DNA of 32,000 nucleotides from Wolbachia endosymbiont strain TRS of Brugia malayi (GTDB lineage Bacteria; Pseudomonadota; Alphaproteobacteria; Rickettsiales; Anaplasmataceae): NCBI RefSeq assembly GCF_000008385.1, contig NC_006833.1, positions 990,001 to 1,022,000 of the forward strand, read 5' to 3'. Shown piece by piece: positions 30,006 to 32,000 of this stretch (position 1 is its first letter; each line of letters starts with the position of its first letter). The notes under the pieces were generated by a model. It saw only the letters and a program-made list of their open reading frames with translations, ran no database searches and was not told where the DNA came from. The position numbers and the translations under genes were made by a program.

Positions 30006-30087
30006 AATTCCTATATTATCATATATTTATTATCTTACTAGAGTAAATAAGGTATGAAAGTGAGTGTCAATGGATACAAAAAAAACT

Positions 30088-30852
30088 CTATTTTCTCTTT
30101 TTATAGAGCTTGCTCCAAATCCTTTTGTTGGTTAGTACAACAAACACCGTTAAGATTATAAAATACGCCACTATTTTAAATCCAAGCTTATGTCGGCGCT
30201 CTAGTTCTGGCTCTGCTGCCCACTGTAAAAAATTTACTACATCGTACGCCATATTTTCAACTGTAGCTTGTCTTGCACCATCATATTCTACCATTCCTTC
30301 AGATAGCGGTGGTGCCATAGCTAATTTACCTGTTGGGAAATATGGATTAAAATATAAACCATTCTCATCTTGCTCATCGTTTCGATAGCCCGTTAAAAGC
30401 GAATAGACATAATTTGCACTATCGTGCCTCGCTTTAATAATGAGTGACAAGTCCGGTGGAATTGCACCATTATTACTTGCTGCAGCTACTTCTTTCGTAT
30501 CAAAAGGTGCAATAAAATAATCTGAAGGTATTCCAGGTCTATCGAACATTTCACCCAGATCATTTGGACCATCTTTAACTTGGTAAGAAGCTGCAATCTG
30601 CTTTACATCATCTTCAGAAAAACCAACATCTTGCAAATCACGAAACGCTATTCTATTCATTGAATGACAAGCAGCACAGACTTCCTTATATACTTTATAA
30701 CCACGCTGGATTGACTCCCTATCAAAGAATCCAGTAGCTCCATCAAAGCTCCAGTCCATTTTTTTATTTGGCGAAGGTACAAATTCTTCTGCACACACAG
30801 AGTTAGTAAGAAGTAATGCACAAGACACAGCTAATATATTCTTAACCAGCAT
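30088..30852 (-). CDS. petC: ubiquinol-cytochrome c reductase, cytochrome c1
   Basis: 254 aa; signal peptide, VCAACHSMNRIAFRDL heme motif, FNPYFPTGKLAMAPPL, C-terminal TM. Confidence 0.95.
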   Translation of the reverse strand: MLVKNILAVSCALLLTNSVCAEEFVPSPNKKMDWSFDGATGFFDRESIQRGYKVYKEVCAACHSMNRIAFRDLQDVGFSEDDVKQIAASYQVKDGPNDLGEMFDRPGIPSDYFIAPFDTKEVAAASNNGAIPPDLSLIIKARHDSANYVYSLLTGYRNDEQDENGLYFNPYFPTGKLAMAPPLSEGMVEYDGARQATVENMAYDVVNFLQWAAEPELERRHKLGFKIVAYFIILTVFVVLTNKRIWSKLYKKRK

Positions 30853-32000
30853 TATTTCATCTCAGGTACAGAATCACTTATGGTTTTTGGTAATTCCTCT
30901 GGCTTCTCATACTTACTAAGCAGTGGTAAAACTACCATAAAGTATGCAAAGTAATAAAGAGTAGAAAGCCTACTTAGAGTGATGTAAGGTTCTTTGACTT
31001 CCTGTCCCCCAAGCCAAGCAAGAAATGCAAAATTTACTGCAAAAACCAAAAAAAACTTTTTGAATAATGGGCGATAAGCACCACTTTTAACTTTTGCTTT
31101 ATCAAGCCAAGGCAATAGAAACCACACTAAAATAGACCCAAACATAGTAAGCACACCGGTAAGTTTATCTGGAATTGAGCGCAGCATTGCATAAAAAGGT
31201 AAAAAGTACCATTCTGGTACTATATGAACAGGAGTGACCATAGAATCAGCCTCTATATAATTAGAGGGATGACCAAGATAATTGGGAGCATAGAAAACAA
31301 ACGCAAATAAAACTATAAAAAACAGACCAAAAGTTATGCAATCCTTTACTATATAATAAGGGTAGAGTGGAATGGTATCCTTACCTGATTTCACTTCTAC
31401 TCCACTTGGGTTACCAGAACCAAATCTATGTAGAGCAATAATATGCAGCATAGCTAAAGCAATAATAACAAAGGGTAAAAGATAATGCAGAGCAAAAAAA
31501 CGATTAAGTGTTGGGTTATCAACGGAAAAACCACCCCATAACCACATAACTATTTTATTGCCAACTAAGGGTACTGCTGAAAATAAGTTGGTTATAACTG
31601 TTGCACCCCAAAAACTCATTTGTCCCCAGGGAAGAACATATCCCATAAATGCTGTTGCCATCATTGCAAAAAATATAAATATACCTATAAACCATACCAT
31701 TTCTCGTGGCCTTTTATAAGACCCATAATATAACCCGCGCATCATATGAACATAGACTACCATAAAGAAGAGCGACGCTCCAACAGCATGAGTGTAGCGT
31801 ATCAGCCATCCATAATTTACGTCACGCATTATGCGCTCTACGCTGTTAAATGCATGATCAACATGTGGAGTGTAGTGCATAGCAAGAAATATACCCGTTA
31901 TTATTTGTAAAATTAGCGCTATACCAGCCAAAGAACCAAAGTTCCAAGCATAATTTAAGTTTTTTGGCACTTGGTAAGAAGCAGTATGTTTTAGAAAAGA
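30852..32000 (-). CDS. petB: ubiquinol-cytochrome c reductase, cytochrome b; truncated by the right window edge
   Basis: [65 protein letters not shown]. The frame stays open beyond the track's GTG at 31970 ([19 protein letters not shown]), which fits conserved cytochrome b N-terminal sequence, so the real start is beyond 32000. Confidence 0.96.
   Translation of the reverse strand, partial: SFLKHTASYQVPKNLNYAWNFGSLAGIALILQIITGIFLAMHYTPHVDHAFNSVERIMRDVNYGWLIRYTHAVGASLFFMVVYVHMMRGLYYGSYKRPREMVWFIGIFIFFAMMATAFMGYVLPWGQMSFWGATVITNLFSAVPLVGNKIVMWLWGGFSVDNPTLNRFFALHYLLPFVIIALAMLHIIALHRFGSGNPSGVEVKSGKDTIPLYPYYIVKDCITFGLFFIVLFAFVFYAPNYLGHPSNYIEADSMVTPVHIVPEWYFLPFYAMLRSIPDKLTGVLTMFGSILVWFLLPWLDKAKVKSGAYRPLFKKFFLVFAVNFAFLAWLGGQEVKEPYITLSRLSTLYYFAYFMVVLPLLSKYEKPEELPKTISDSVPEMK

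Overview
AT-rich window whose gene content and protein types look like a Wolbachia-type (Anaplasmataceae) alphaproteobacterial chromosome; the taxonomic call is inference from protein character, not a database hit. Most of it is housekeeping: nitronate monooxygenase/cytochrome b561 pair, ftsY, iscU-iscA-hscB-hscA, lepB, an AEC-family transporter, gatA, gyrB, tRNA-Gln(UUG), cutA, hflK-hflC-htrA, uvrB, petC-petB. Accessory or unexplained content: (1) a decayed radA pseudogene at ~3.1-4.4 kb; (2) a degenerate ~300 bp dispersed intergenic repeat with three clear copies and one weaker one, one copy carrying an intact 43-codon hydrophobic ORF; (3) an HscB whose J-domain lacks the HPD tripeptide; (4) a same-strand cluster of three lineage-specific ORFs at 23958-27970 (488 aa, 74 aa with a 10-nt perfect Shine-Dalgarno, ~714 aa) with effector-like Ser-rich tails; (5) DSGxxS phosphodegron-like motifs in the predicted proteins at 23958-26102 and 17541-19166; (6) cutA overlapping tRNA-Gln. 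No CRISPR array, phage module or complete transposase was seen. The best candidate for something undescribed is the 23958-27970 cassette, but no function can be assigned from sequence alone.
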